From a bacterium (GTDB lineage Bacteria > Patescibacteriota > Patescibacteriia > Patescibacteriales > UBA12465), in assembly GCA_021806615.1 (NCBI GenBank), contig JAJZRB010000004.1, positions 7,664 to 71,663 of the forward strand: 64,000 nucleotides of DNA, in the 5' to 3' direction. The notes below the pieces were generated by a model. That model was not told where the DNA came from, ran no database searches, and was given only the letters and a program-made list of their open reading frames with translations. Position numbers and translations under genes: made by a program. Within the stretch, counting starts at the first letter, position 1; each line of letters opens with the position of its first letter. Shown here in pieces: positions 44,332 to 54,996 of this stretch.

Positions 44332-45771
44332 TTATTCTAAGATCTTAGCGGCTTTCAGGACCAATCCCTCCGCTAAACGCGGCCCGATAATCTGCGCGCC
44401 TATCGGAAGCGGATCGCCCCCCGCGCTTTCTACCAAGCCAGCCGGGACGGAAATGGCCGGCAAACCGGCTAGGGACGCGCCGGTAACAAAGATATCTTCC
44501 AAATACATAGCCAGAGGATCATCAATATGTTCGCCTATTTTAAAGGCCGGATGCGGCGCGGTCGGCGTCAACAACAGGTCCACCTTCTTGAAAGCTTCCG
44601 CGAAATCCCTGATGATTAACGTACGCACGGCCTGCGCTTTCTTATAATAGGCGTCATAGTAGCCGGCGCTCAGGACGTAGGTGCCGAGCATTATCCGGCG
44701 CTTAGCTTCCGGACCGAATCCGGCGCCGCGGCTATGCTTATAGAATTCCTGCAGATTCAAAGCATCATTCTTAGCGAGGCCCCAGCCTATCCCGTCAAAA
44801 CGGGCCAAGTTAGAACTTATTTCCGAGGGAGTGATGATATAATAAACCGGAATTCCATATTTCGTGTAAGGCAGGCTGACTTCCTTCAGCGTCGCGCCGG
44901 CCGCCTGCAATTTTTTCGCCGCTTCCCTTATCCGTTCCGCGACGCGAGCGTCTAATTCCGTTAAGAAATATTCTTTCGGCCAGCCGACAGTCAATCCGTT
45001 CAGATCCTTAACATCGCTGACTTTCTCAAGATAATTTTCTACCGCTTCCGGCGCGGTAGTCGCGTCCTGTTTATCCGATCCGGCGATGACTTGTAAAACC
45101 GCGGCGGCGTCATAAGCCGTCTTAGCCAGGGGGCCGATGACATCGGTGGATGAAGTCATGGATAATAGGCCGAAGCGAGAAACGCGCCCGTAGCTGGGCT
45201 TCAAACCGAAGACGCCGCAAAAGCTGGCTGGATAGCGGATAGAACCGCCCGTATCAGAACCGAGAGCGAAAAGGCACATGTCAGAAGCGACGGCCGCCGC
45301 GCTGCCGCCGGACGAACCTCCGGGTACGCGGCTCAGATCGCGAGGATTTTTCGTCGGGCCATAAGCGGAATTTTCCGTAGAAGCGCCATGCGCGAATTCG
45401 TCCAGATTAGTCTTGCCTAATAGGATGGCACCCGCTTTCTTCAGTCTCTTGATCACGGTCGCGTCATAAGGCGCCCGATAATTTTCAATCATCTTGGAAG
45501 CGGCCGTCGTCAAAAGGCCTTCGGCCATGATATTGTCCTTGCATAGATAAGGAATGCCTAAGAGGCCGCCCTTTTCTCCGGCCTTCATCCTCTTATCAGC
45601 CGCCTCCGCTTCCCGAAGCGCTTCCGGAGCGCAGACTGATAGGCAGGACCGAATAGCGGGATCCGCCTTCTCGATCTGATTTAAGCAGGCGGCCGTGAGT
45701 TCGCGCGCCGTTATTTCTCCGCTGTCTAGCTTCGGCCTCGCTTGCTTTATAGTCAATTCATTCAAATTCAT
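44332..45771 (-). CDS. gatA: Glu/Asp-tRNA amidotransferase subunit A
   Basis: 479 aa with amidase signature GGSSGGSAAAVA, KDNI and GSDTGGSIR. Confidence 0.95.
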   Translation of the reverse strand: MNLNELTIKQARPKLDSGEITARELTAACLNQIEKADPAIRSCLSVCAPEALREAEAADKRMKAGEKGGLLGIPYLCKDNIMAEGLLTTAASKMIENYRAPYDATVIKRLKKAGAILLGKTNLDEFAHGASTENSAYGPTKNPRDLSRVPGGSSGGSAAAVASDMCLFALGSDTGGSIRYPASFCGVFGLKPSYGRVSRFGLLSMTSSTDVIGPLAKTAYDAAAVLQVIAGSDKQDATTAPEAVENYLEKVSDVKDLNGLTVGWPKEYFLTELDARVAERIREAAKKLQAAGATLKEVSLPYTKYGIPVYYIITPSEISSNLARFDGIGWGLAKNDALNLQEFYKHSRGAGFGPEAKRRIMLGTYVLSAGYYDAYYKKAQAVRTLIIRDFAEAFKKVDLLLTPTAPHPAFKIGEHIDDPLAMYLEDIFVTGASLAGLPAISVPAGLVESAGGDPLPIGAQIIGPRLAEGLVLKAAKILE

Positions 45772-45775
45772 ATTT

Positions 45776-46063
45776 TTATAAGACTCTCTTAACTTTCAAT
45801 TGGCCGCCTTCTAATTCTCCCTGGCGCAGGGCGTTTTCCACTTCGCGCTTATCCCATTCTTTGACTTCATCCGGGCGCCAGACGTCAACCAGGCCGCTGA
45901 CTTGGGCCGCGCCTTCTACGTTCTTCGTATCCACCTCGTTCAGCTGGCTGATATATTCTAAGATAGAGCCTAATTGTCTACTGAAGCGGTCTTTTTCTTC
46001 TTCGCTGAGTTCTAGCCGCGCCAGTTCGGCGATATGTTCTATTTCTTTCCGCGTTATGGACAT
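45776..46063 (-). CDS. gatC: Glu/Asp-tRNA amidotransferase subunit C
   Basis: 95 aa. The sequence IEHIAELARLELSEEEKDRFSRQLGSILEYISQLNEVDT is typical of GatC, and the gene sits directly upstream of gatA. Confidence 0.9.
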   Translation of the reverse strand: MSITRKEIEHIAELARLELSEEEKDRFSRQLGSILEYISQLNEVDTKNVEGAAQVSGLVDVWRPDEVKEWDKREVENALRQGELEGGQLKVKRVL

Positions 46064-46064
46064 A

Positions 46065-48206
<2,142 letters not shown>

Positions 48207-48280
48207 TTAAACGGTGATAATAGTAAAAAAATATCTCTATTATAGCCTAATTATAACATAAAGATACAATTTACTGAAAT

Positions 48281-48312
48281 AAAAACTCCGCCTTTAACCG
48301 GGCGGGGTTTTT
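48281..48312 (-). terminator. rho-independent terminator after the small membrane protein pair
   Basis: Stem ccgcc/ggcgg (48288-48292 / 48301-48305) flanked by A-run and T-run, so it is potentially bidirectional. Confidence 0.5.
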
Positions 48313-48336
48313 AGTCAAATCCAAGTCAATAAGAGA

Positions 48337-48576
48337 TTATTTCGTGCTCGGAGCGGCTTGAGTAGCGGCCGGAGTGGCTTGCTTATTAGCTCCTGTGGCG
48401 TTATTGATGAAGGTCACGATATCGCCCACGGTCTTGGTATTCTGATCAGTCGCCTGTTGCAGCTGGCCCACGCCGGCGGCGATATTATTCAAGCGGGCAT
48501 TGAATTGCCAGAACATCATGAGCAAAACTCCGGCGATGACTCCCACGATCAAAGGGAAAACGAATTCTCTTTTCAT
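48337..48576 (-). CDS. small single-pass membrane protein (paralog of the upstream gene)
   Basis: ORF track gives 48337..48654. I prefer the start MKREFVFPLIVGVIAGVLLMMFW (ATG at 48576), which gives 79 aa and no overlap with the upstream gene. Its architecture matches 48632..48838. Confidence 0.5.
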   Translation of the reverse strand: MKREFVFPLIVGVIAGVLLMMFWQFNARLNNIAAGVGQLQQATDQNTKTVGDIVTFINNATGANKQATPAATQAAPSTK

Positions 48577-48631
48577 AGTATTATTATTTAGGGTCTGGCG
48601 AGGGCTAAAGGAGCTCGCCGGACTGATTATA

Positions 48632-48838
48632 TTATTTTTTATTAGTCTGGGCATTAGCGTTAGAGTTAAAGAAGTTAACGATGGCGGTTATTTTTCCCGA
48701 GTCTTCGGAGATAGCCGTGTTAATGGCCGTCAATTGCTTCTCCAGTCGGTTAAGCGACATGTAAAAATAAACGAACATGCCCCCGATAAGGAGCAGGACG
48801 ATAACGGTCAGAATCGGACCGATTAATGTTTTTTTCAT
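48632..48838 (-). CDS. small single-pass membrane protein
   Basis: 68 aa. MKKTLIGPILTVIVLLLIGGMFVYFY forms the TM segment, followed by a short polar helix-like tail ...ITAIVNFFNSNANAQ. Confidence 0.5.
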   Translation of the reverse strand: MKKTLIGPILTVIVLLLIGGMFVYFYMSLNRLEKQLTAINTAISEDSGKITAIVNFFNSNANAQTNKK

Positions 48839-48903
48839 AGATGTTTTTGCCTACTCGCCGCACCGGTAGCGGCGGACGGGTTAATGAGCTATATATTTTA
48901 AAC

Positions 48904-48921
48904 TTGCTATAATTATAGCAA
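48904..48921. promoter_or_regulatory. perfect 18-bp palindrome containing TATAAT (candidate promoter/operator)
   Basis: ttgctataattatagcaa is its own reverse complement. It lies 66-83 nt upstream of the ATG at 48838. Confidence 0.3.
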
Positions 48922-48967
48922 TTTAAAGATGGCGGGTCAAGGAGAAAAAAGATGATCCGCCGGGCGC

Positions 48968-51900
48968 TTATTCTATTTTTTTTAATTCCAGGCTGAGCGG
49001 AGCGAAGATCCGCGGCGCTTCAAACTGCACTCCGGCATCCGTTCCCAGAGCCAGATCCAGAGCGCCTAAATCGCGGCGCGCGCTCGCTTTATCTACATAA
49101 TCTGTCTGATTGCGATAGATCTTGAAAGTGATCAACCGTCCCGGCTCCGGCCCGCCTAGATCAGAGGCGCTGATAATATTTTCCCGATAGCTGTGGACGG
49201 AAATATCCCCTAAAGACGTACCGCCTAAAAATTCTACTCGGCTAGTCCCTAGGCCGGACAGGATGAGCTCTTCTTTGTCGGCTGTTAGAGATGGCCAGCG
49301 GAAACGGAAATAATAAGCGCCGCTCTCTGGCTGGAAACCGTCCGGAAGCGGAGCCCAGCTTTTCGCGTCGCGCGAAAATTCTAAATCATCAACCGCGTGA
49401 TACGGATTATCAAGAGGGATATCTAAGCGCGGAGACGTCCGGCTATAGATTTTTCCGTTCAAGCTGAAGCGTCGCCAAGACTCGGGCAGGACTAGATCCA
49501 AGTGGCTGGAACTGATGAGCCGGCCGCGGATAAAATCCTCTCCCTGCCCTTCGGGGATGAAATCATCGTTCAAAACTGCCGGCGCCGTTCCTTCTATCGG
49601 CAAAAATAAATCGACGCGCGAAACTCCGCTCAAGCCGGCATGAGAATCATAGGCAAATCTTAAAGCGACAGGTCCCGGCGTCCCAGCCGCCCCGAAAGCC
49701 GCCCTTATCGCCTTGGTTTCTCCGGGCTTAAAATCGCCTAGATCCTGGCTTCCGCCAGGCCAAGCTAAAATGACTTGCTTCAGATTATACTCTCTTATAT
49801 TCTTGACCGCCAAATCTAAGGGCGCGGACGCGTCATGGATAACCGGATCTTTGACTTTTACCTCAAAATCAGAAAAAATCTTTTCCAGGGTCTTCAATTC
49901 CGGCTTCGGATTATTTTTCTCATCCCAAAAACCGCGCGTATCATCCGGCTGATCGGCCTTGAAAGGATCGTTATAGCCCCGCACCACCGGCTGGGCCCAG
50001 TTATCATGCGATTCATAAAAATTAGCGCCGAGCGCGCCGGCTCTCATAAGGAGCGTCCAGTCGTTCAATAAGCGGTTGACTCTCAGCTCCGGGTCGTTCT
50101 TTTCCCAAAAAGCGACGAATCCGCCGAATTCGCTGGCGTAAAAAGCCTTATCCGTGCTTTTTACTATAGCCAGAGCCTTTTCCCAATAAGTCCGCCCGGA
50201 ATCCAGCATATTGATGCCGCTGATATCTACCGGATATTTGATGAAAGTATAATAGGTGGAGTAAGACGTCGGCCAATTATAGACGGCTTGGTTGGCTTTT
50301 TCCAAGACCTGGTTAGTCAGGTTGATAAGGGAGGCGGGGCGAGAAGACTTAGCTAATTCCCATTCGTTCCCGAATCCGTCCCAAAGAAGGTAAGGATTTC
50401 CTTCATGTTCTTTGACTAATTCCTCATAGCGCCGGATATAGCTGGAGACCTGGCGGCTACTGGTCAGGTCCAATTCGTCCCAAGTTGATCTATCCGGCTG
50501 GTCAATCACTAAAAGCTGATTGTCGGCAGCCGCCCGCATCAAGCCTTCTCCCGAGCCATGATAAAAACGAACAGTATTGGCGCCGGCCTCTTTTATTTGC
50601 CTGAGCCCGGCGGACATGCTCAGATTTATTTTAGCGTTAGCGAAGGACGGAATAAGGCCTTTGATTAAGAATTTTTCATTATTGATATATAAATCTCTCC
50701 CGCGCAATTCTTTCAAAACCGTAGAGAAAGATAAATTACGATAACAAGCGAGGGGTTGAGCGCTCCCCCGCCCGCTTAAGCTGACCGTGACCGCGTGCTC
50801 AGTCCAGCCCAAAGGATAAGCCAAAGAAAAAAGTTCGCTCTCGCCGGAACTGATATTTTTCGTCCCGACTAATTTCTGATCTATATAATAAGCGGCGACC
50901 AAGTCTCCGGAAGCTCCTGCCAATTCGGAAACGGCGCGCACTTCCAGATCGCCGGAGAAGCCAAGAGCGGAAACCGACCCGGACCTCCCTTCCTTGATTA
51001 ATGATTTCGTTATCCTGACTTGCCAATCGGCCACCGTCGGCGGTTTGAGAATAAGGGGCGGCCAGAGGAAATATTTCATTTCTCCGCAATTATTGACCGC
51101 TAAGAGATCATTCAAGATGACTAAGAAAATTATGCCCGCCACCGATAAAGCCGGCCATAACCCGCGGTTCCGCGCCAGCGCTTTTCCAGAAACGAAATTA
51201 GCGCTCATTTCCGGCGGCAGTAGTTCCGCGGAATAACTATTGCGCCTCCCGATCTTAGACCACCGGGCGCGGCCGAAAATAAAATCAAAGAATCCTAATA
51301 AGGCGGCGTAAATATCCAGGAAAAGATTGAAAAAATAAGTAGGGATAACCCAGAGATTCTTGGCCGGCCGGCTATCACGGAAGAAATATGAGCTCGCCAG
51401 AAGGACGAAAAGCGGCGCGACTAAAAGGACGGAGTGCCAGATAAGCCATTGCTTCTCATACGGAAACGTCAGGATATAATAGTAATTCTCCGCGCCCATG
51501 AACTTATAGACGTAGATCGCCCAGACAGAAAGCTGCGGCCAGAACCATAGGATGCCAATAAGCCAATTGCCCAGTATCCTGCGCCCCGGCGAAGGAAAGA
51601 AAAAAGCGAGGAGACCGCCGAAAAAAACAGCGCTCCATAAGACGCCGAGCTGGAAATTAAAGCCAAGCTGGCCGAAAAAATAAAAACCGTAAATGCTTAG
51701 CAGCAGCCAGACGGCGAGTGGGATAAGATAGAACTGGCCGTGCAGCCACAGGATGAGTTTATCGCCGCCTCTTATAGGCGCTTTAAATATCTCAGCGAGA
51801 TGCCGAAAAAGGACCTGATCATGGCCGGCGCTCCAGCGGCGGCGGCGGGAAATATAATCATTAAAAGACGGGGCCACCTCTTCAAAAGAAACGGCCGACC

Positions 51901-52738
51901 GGTTATAGGCGATCCGATAGCCGGCGCACCACAAGTCATAAGATAAATAGGTGTCTTCGGTAATGCTGTCCCTGAGCCCGAAACGGCGCAGGATTTCCGT
52001 CTTGAAAACCGCGGCCGTTCCGGTGAAGAAAACGCCGCGGCGAAGGGCGGCCAGGAAACTATTCAATAATTCGTTACCGAAATGATTCTGGGCGGAATCC
52101 CAGATCTGAGCCAGATGCCTGACTCCTAAAGGACGACGGCGCGTCTGGACGGCGGCGACATTATCGGCCGTGAATAAAGCCGCGGAAGAACTCAGCCAAT
52201 TTCTAGTCGGACGGTGATCGGCGTCTAAGAGGGCGATAAAAGGCGTCTTGATATCCGGCAGGATAGAATTGAACTTATCTCTTTTTGATTGCTTATCGGT
52301 TAGGACCAGGCTGATGCGGCGTTCTAAGGAATTAAAAAGAATAAAGCTCTCCCGCGAATCCGGCCCTCCGGACGGATTCATATTTAATCTTCTCAATGCC
52401 GAAAAATCCGAGGCTCCCGTATAGAATTTCAGGAGCGCGGGCAAGGAATTATCCTCTCCATCTTTGACTAGGATATAGATTTCCAAACGGCCGGCGTAGT
52501 CCTGCTCCTGGACCGCGATAACGGCGTCAACCAGGCTGTCCCCTTCATTCCAGACGGGTATCAAGATAGAAACCGGCTCTAGAGAAACTGGCTTTTCCGG
52601 ATCGGAAATAGGCGATGCTAAAACCGGCTCCGACCGTCTAAGAAAAACGGCGGCGAGAGAAAGAAAAATGAACGCTAGCGCGTAAACAGATAAATAAACC
52701 AATATCAGGCTGGAAGCGATGAGCAAAAAAGTGGCCAT
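48968..52738 (-). CDS. processive family-2 glycosyltransferase (synthase) fused to a multi-TM region and a C-terminal clan GH-A-like glycoside hydrolase domain
   Basis: 1256 aa. The GT2 part has ILIPVWNEG, LLDADHRP, SITEDTYLS (TED) and SRRRRWSAG (Q/RxxRW). About 8 hydrophobic segments span aa 330-550. The C-terminal part has FLIKGLIP..., ANTVRFYH, GFGNEWEL (NE acid/base-like) and FYASEFGGF (nucleophile-like). Confidence 0.75.
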   Translation of the reverse strand: MATFLLIASSLILVYLSVYALAFIFLSLAAVFLRRSEPVLASPISDPEKPVSLEPVSILIPVWNEGDSLVDAVIAVQEQDYAGRLEIYILVKDGEDNSLPALLKFYTGASDFSALRRLNMNPSGGPDSRESFILFNSLERRISLVLTDKQSKRDKFNSILPDIKTPFIALLDADHRPTRNWLSSSAALFTADNVAAVQTRRRPLGVRHLAQIWDSAQNHFGNELLNSFLAALRRGVFFTGTAAVFKTEILRRFGLRDSITEDTYLSYDLWCAGYRIAYNRSAVSFEEVAPSFNDYISRRRRWSAGHDQVLFRHLAEIFKAPIRGGDKLILWLHGQFYLIPLAVWLLLSIYGFYFFGQLGFNFQLGVLWSAVFFGGLLAFFFPSPGRRILGNWLIGILWFWPQLSVWAIYVYKFMGAENYYYILTFPYEKQWLIWHSVLLVAPLFVLLASSYFFRDSRPAKNLWVIPTYFFNLFLDIYAALLGFFDFIFGRARWSKIGRRNSYSAELLPPEMSANFVSGKALARNRGLWPALSVAGIIFLVILNDLLAVNNCGEMKYFLWPPLILKPPTVADWQVRITKSLIKEGRSGSVSALGFSGDLEVRAVSELAGASGDLVAAYYIDQKLVGTKNISSGESELFSLAYPLGWTEHAVTVSLSGRGSAQPLACYRNLSFSTVLKELRGRDLYINNEKFLIKGLIPSFANAKINLSMSAGLRQIKEAGANTVRFYHGSGEGLMRAAADNQLLVIDQPDRSTWDELDLTSSRQVSSYIRRYEELVKEHEGNPYLLWDGFGNEWELAKSSRPASLINLTNQVLEKANQAVYNWPTSYSTYYTFIKYPVDISGINMLDSGRTYWEKALAIVKSTDKAFYASEFGGFVAFWEKNDPELRVNRLLNDWTLLMRAGALGANFYESHDNWAQPVVRGYNDPFKADQPDDTRGFWDEKNNPKPELKTLEKIFSDFEVKVKDPVIHDASAPLDLAVKNIREYNLKQVILAWPGGSQDLGDFKPGETKAIRAAFGAAGTPGPVALRFAYDSHAGLSGVSRVDLFLPIEGTAPAVLNDDFIPEGQGEDFIRGRLISSSHLDLVLPESWRRFSLNGKIYSRTSPRLDIPLDNPYHAVDDLEFSRDAKSWAPLPDGFQPESGAYYFRFRWPSLTADKEELILSGLGTSRVEFLGGTSLGDISVHSYRENIISASDLGGPEPGRLITFKIYRNQTDYVDKASARRDLGALDLALGTDAGVQFEAPRIFAPLSLELKKIE

Positions 52739-52823
52739 GCGGCAAGGCTTTAAAATTAATATTTTACTTATATATTATATAAAAGATTAAGGAAAATGAC
52801 TAACGTGAACACCGGGCCCAGCA

Positions 52824-52857
52824 AATAAAAAACCCCCGTTGGAAAAACACAGGGGTT
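52824..52857 (-). terminator. rho-independent terminator after the peptidase gene
   Basis: On the minus strand, ACCCCTG...CGGGGGT hairpin followed by TTTTTTATTT, 14 nt after the stop. Confidence 0.55.
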
Positions 52858-52870
52858 TGATCTAATGAAT

Positions 52871-54820
52871 TTATTTCATTAAAATCATTTTCTTCGTAGC
52901 CGTGAAATCATTGGCCTTTAGAACATAGACATAGATTCCGCTGGCTAACCGGCTAGCATCAAATTTGACTTGATGGCTGCCGGCGCTTAATTCCTCATTG
53001 ACCAAGAGTGCAACTTCTTGGCCAAGAAGGTTATAAACCTTCAGAGACGCTGGACCTGACTTCAGGAGCGAGAAAGAGATAGTGGTCGCCGGATTAAAGG
53101 GATTAGGATAATTCTGGGATAGTTCATACTTGTTCGGGAGAGAGAAATGGTCGTCTACGGCAGTGATATTATCCACCTTGACGGTGAAGGTATCAACTGC
53201 GGCGCCATTTCCATCGCTGGCCTGGACCGTAAAAACGAAAGATCCGACTTGCTGGCTAGGATAACTGAATAAACCGGTAGTAGAATCGATCGTGGCTCCA
53301 TGTCCGCCGATTACAGAATAAACTATTTGTTCGCCTTCCGGATCAACTGCCTGGAATTGGAAGGTGACTACGCTATCCTTATAAGCCTTGATAGTATCAG
53401 GAACCGCGGTAAATACTGGAGGAAGATTAGTAGCGACGGTATCGCTTACGGAGAAAGTGATCAATCTTCGTTTAAAAGTACAAGTACTCTTCTTAACAAA
53501 GACCTCAAAACCTCCTTCGTGATAAGTCATCTGGAACGAATAGTAGTTTTCGCAAACCACCGTAGTATCGGGTAAGCTGACTTCTCGGCCGATCACTTTC
53601 TTGCCGCTATCCGTGAACCTAATATACGCGCTTTCTATCTGAGCCTGCGGTGTACGTTGATATTCATAGATGGTGTGGCCGTCACTGCCTGAAAATTTAG
53701 CGGAGATCGGGTCATACATAACCATCTTAGCGGATTGAAAATTACCGGCCTGGCTATAGCTAGATAAATCGCTGATTATCTGATACTTTCCGTCGTGATT
53801 ATGCGCTGGCATGAACAAATTTGTGTTTTTATCTACTATCTTAGTGCCGTTCACTTCCAATAATCTTAGTAGATTAGGGAAAGAAAAATAGGCAGTCATA
53901 TCCGGAAAATCAACCCTTCGGTTAGATTGATCGAGATATAGGGTGTCAACAATGAAATTATTGACTTGGATGAGATCAACGCCAGTGACGAAATTATTGA
54001 TCTTTACGTCTAGGCTCAATCTGGATTGATGGCTGAAATCTTCTTCCAGAAAATAAACATCGAATGTAAAGCCCGGCATGAGATAAAGCCATTTGTAATC
54101 AAGATAGAAAAATCCGTTATCGCCGAACTGAGGCCCCCAGGAATTGATGACTTTAAAGCCGCCGATATTATCGTCATAACCGACGACAGCAGCCATATGG
54201 CTGGCGTACATGCTATCTCTCGATATCCCGGCAGAACATCTATACACAGCCGGAGACTGATTGTACAGATTATTTATATACGGGAATAAAGGAAAACCGA
54301 TAGTAAAACATACGCCTTTGGCTAAAGAGTCTTTCAATTGGGATATGAATAGATGCGCGCTGATCGAATCTGGGTTGCAGCCACGGATATTTTTGAGGCC
54401 GGAAGAAAGAAAAGACAAGGCCTTTTCTCTGCTCTCTGCGCTCGGCATAAGTTCTTGATAACTGAAATCTGGATTATCCACCATCGGGAAATCGGCGACA
54501 GTAGCGGCTCCCTGGGTAGACAAGAAATCAAATGTTCCCCTATATTCGGCCCAATGGTATATCGGGTCAATAATCTGATTCCACACGAAGTATGGAGAAA
54601 ATTGATTTTCCGGCAAACTAGGATTCCGCTGGAAATGCCTATTCCAGTTATATGACTTCAGATAGTATGTCAGAGAAAATATCTGGCAACTATTCCAATA
54701 CTGTGTCTTCGCTGGCGGGAACCAGGCGCTGTTGTCAACGACTGTTGGCAGGTTTTGCCCCCAAAGATAGGAGGCAATGAATAAAACGAGAACGGAAATT
54801 AGCTTTTTCATTTTCATCAC
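52871..54820 (-). CDS. secreted papain-like (C1) cysteine peptidase with cadherin-like/putative Ig domain and a T9SS-type C-terminal sorting domain
   Basis: 649 aa. The track start is GTG, and ATG at 54817 or 54811 is more likely. It has a signal peptide and a C1 triad context (Q..NSCQIFS, SHMAAVVGYDD, VINSWGPQFGDNGFFYLDY). It also has PPVFTAVPD...FQFQAVDPEGEQIVYSV, and a C-terminal LSQNYPNPFNPATTISFSL...GIYVYVLKANDFTATKKMILMK. Confidence 0.8.
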   Translation of the reverse strand: MMKMKKLISVLVLFIASYLWGQNLPTVVDNSAWFPPAKTQYWNSCQIFSLTYYLKSYNWNRHFQRNPSLPENQFSPYFVWNQIIDPIYHWAEYRGTFDFLSTQGAATVADFPMVDNPDFSYQELMPSAESREKALSFLSSGLKNIRGCNPDSISAHLFISQLKDSLAKGVCFTIGFPLFPYINNLYNQSPAVYRCSAGISRDSMYASHMAAVVGYDDNIGGFKVINSWGPQFGDNGFFYLDYKWLYLMPGFTFDVYFLEEDFSHQSRLSLDVKINNFVTGVDLIQVNNFIVDTLYLDQSNRRVDFPDMTAYFSFPNLLRLLEVNGTKIVDKNTNLFMPAHNHDGKYQIISDLSSYSQAGNFQSAKMVMYDPISAKFSGSDGHTIYEYQRTPQAQIESAYIRFTDSGKKVIGREVSLPDTTVVCENYYSFQMTYHEGGFEVFVKKSTCTFKRRLITFSVSDTVATNLPPVFTAVPDTIKAYKDSVVTFQFQAVDPEGEQIVYSVIGGHGATIDSTTGLFSYPSQQVGSFVFTVQASDGNGAAVDTFTVKVDNITAVDDHFSLPNKYELSQNYPNPFNPATTISFSLLKSGPASLKVYNLLGQEVALLVNEELSAGSHQVKFDASRLASGIYVYVLKANDFTATKKMILMK

Positions 54821-54996
54821 TCCTTTGTGAATTGTTAAAGGGCAAAACGCCCGAATACTGATTTTTTATTATGCTATTATTATACTATATTTTATTAAAT
54901 ATGTCAAGACAGCTCATAACTAGCTCTATGAGCCATGATGACGAACTATTTATGAGAGATAGGAATAGCTAATTATTAGCTAAAAATAGACAATTT

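Noticed and set aside
54968-54988. 19-bp AT-only palindrome ttagctaattattagctaa just after the Cys-rich gene stop
   Set aside because: It could be a weak hairpin or operator. However, it lacks a following T-run, has an AT-only stem and has no second copy in the window. The evidence is too weak to call.
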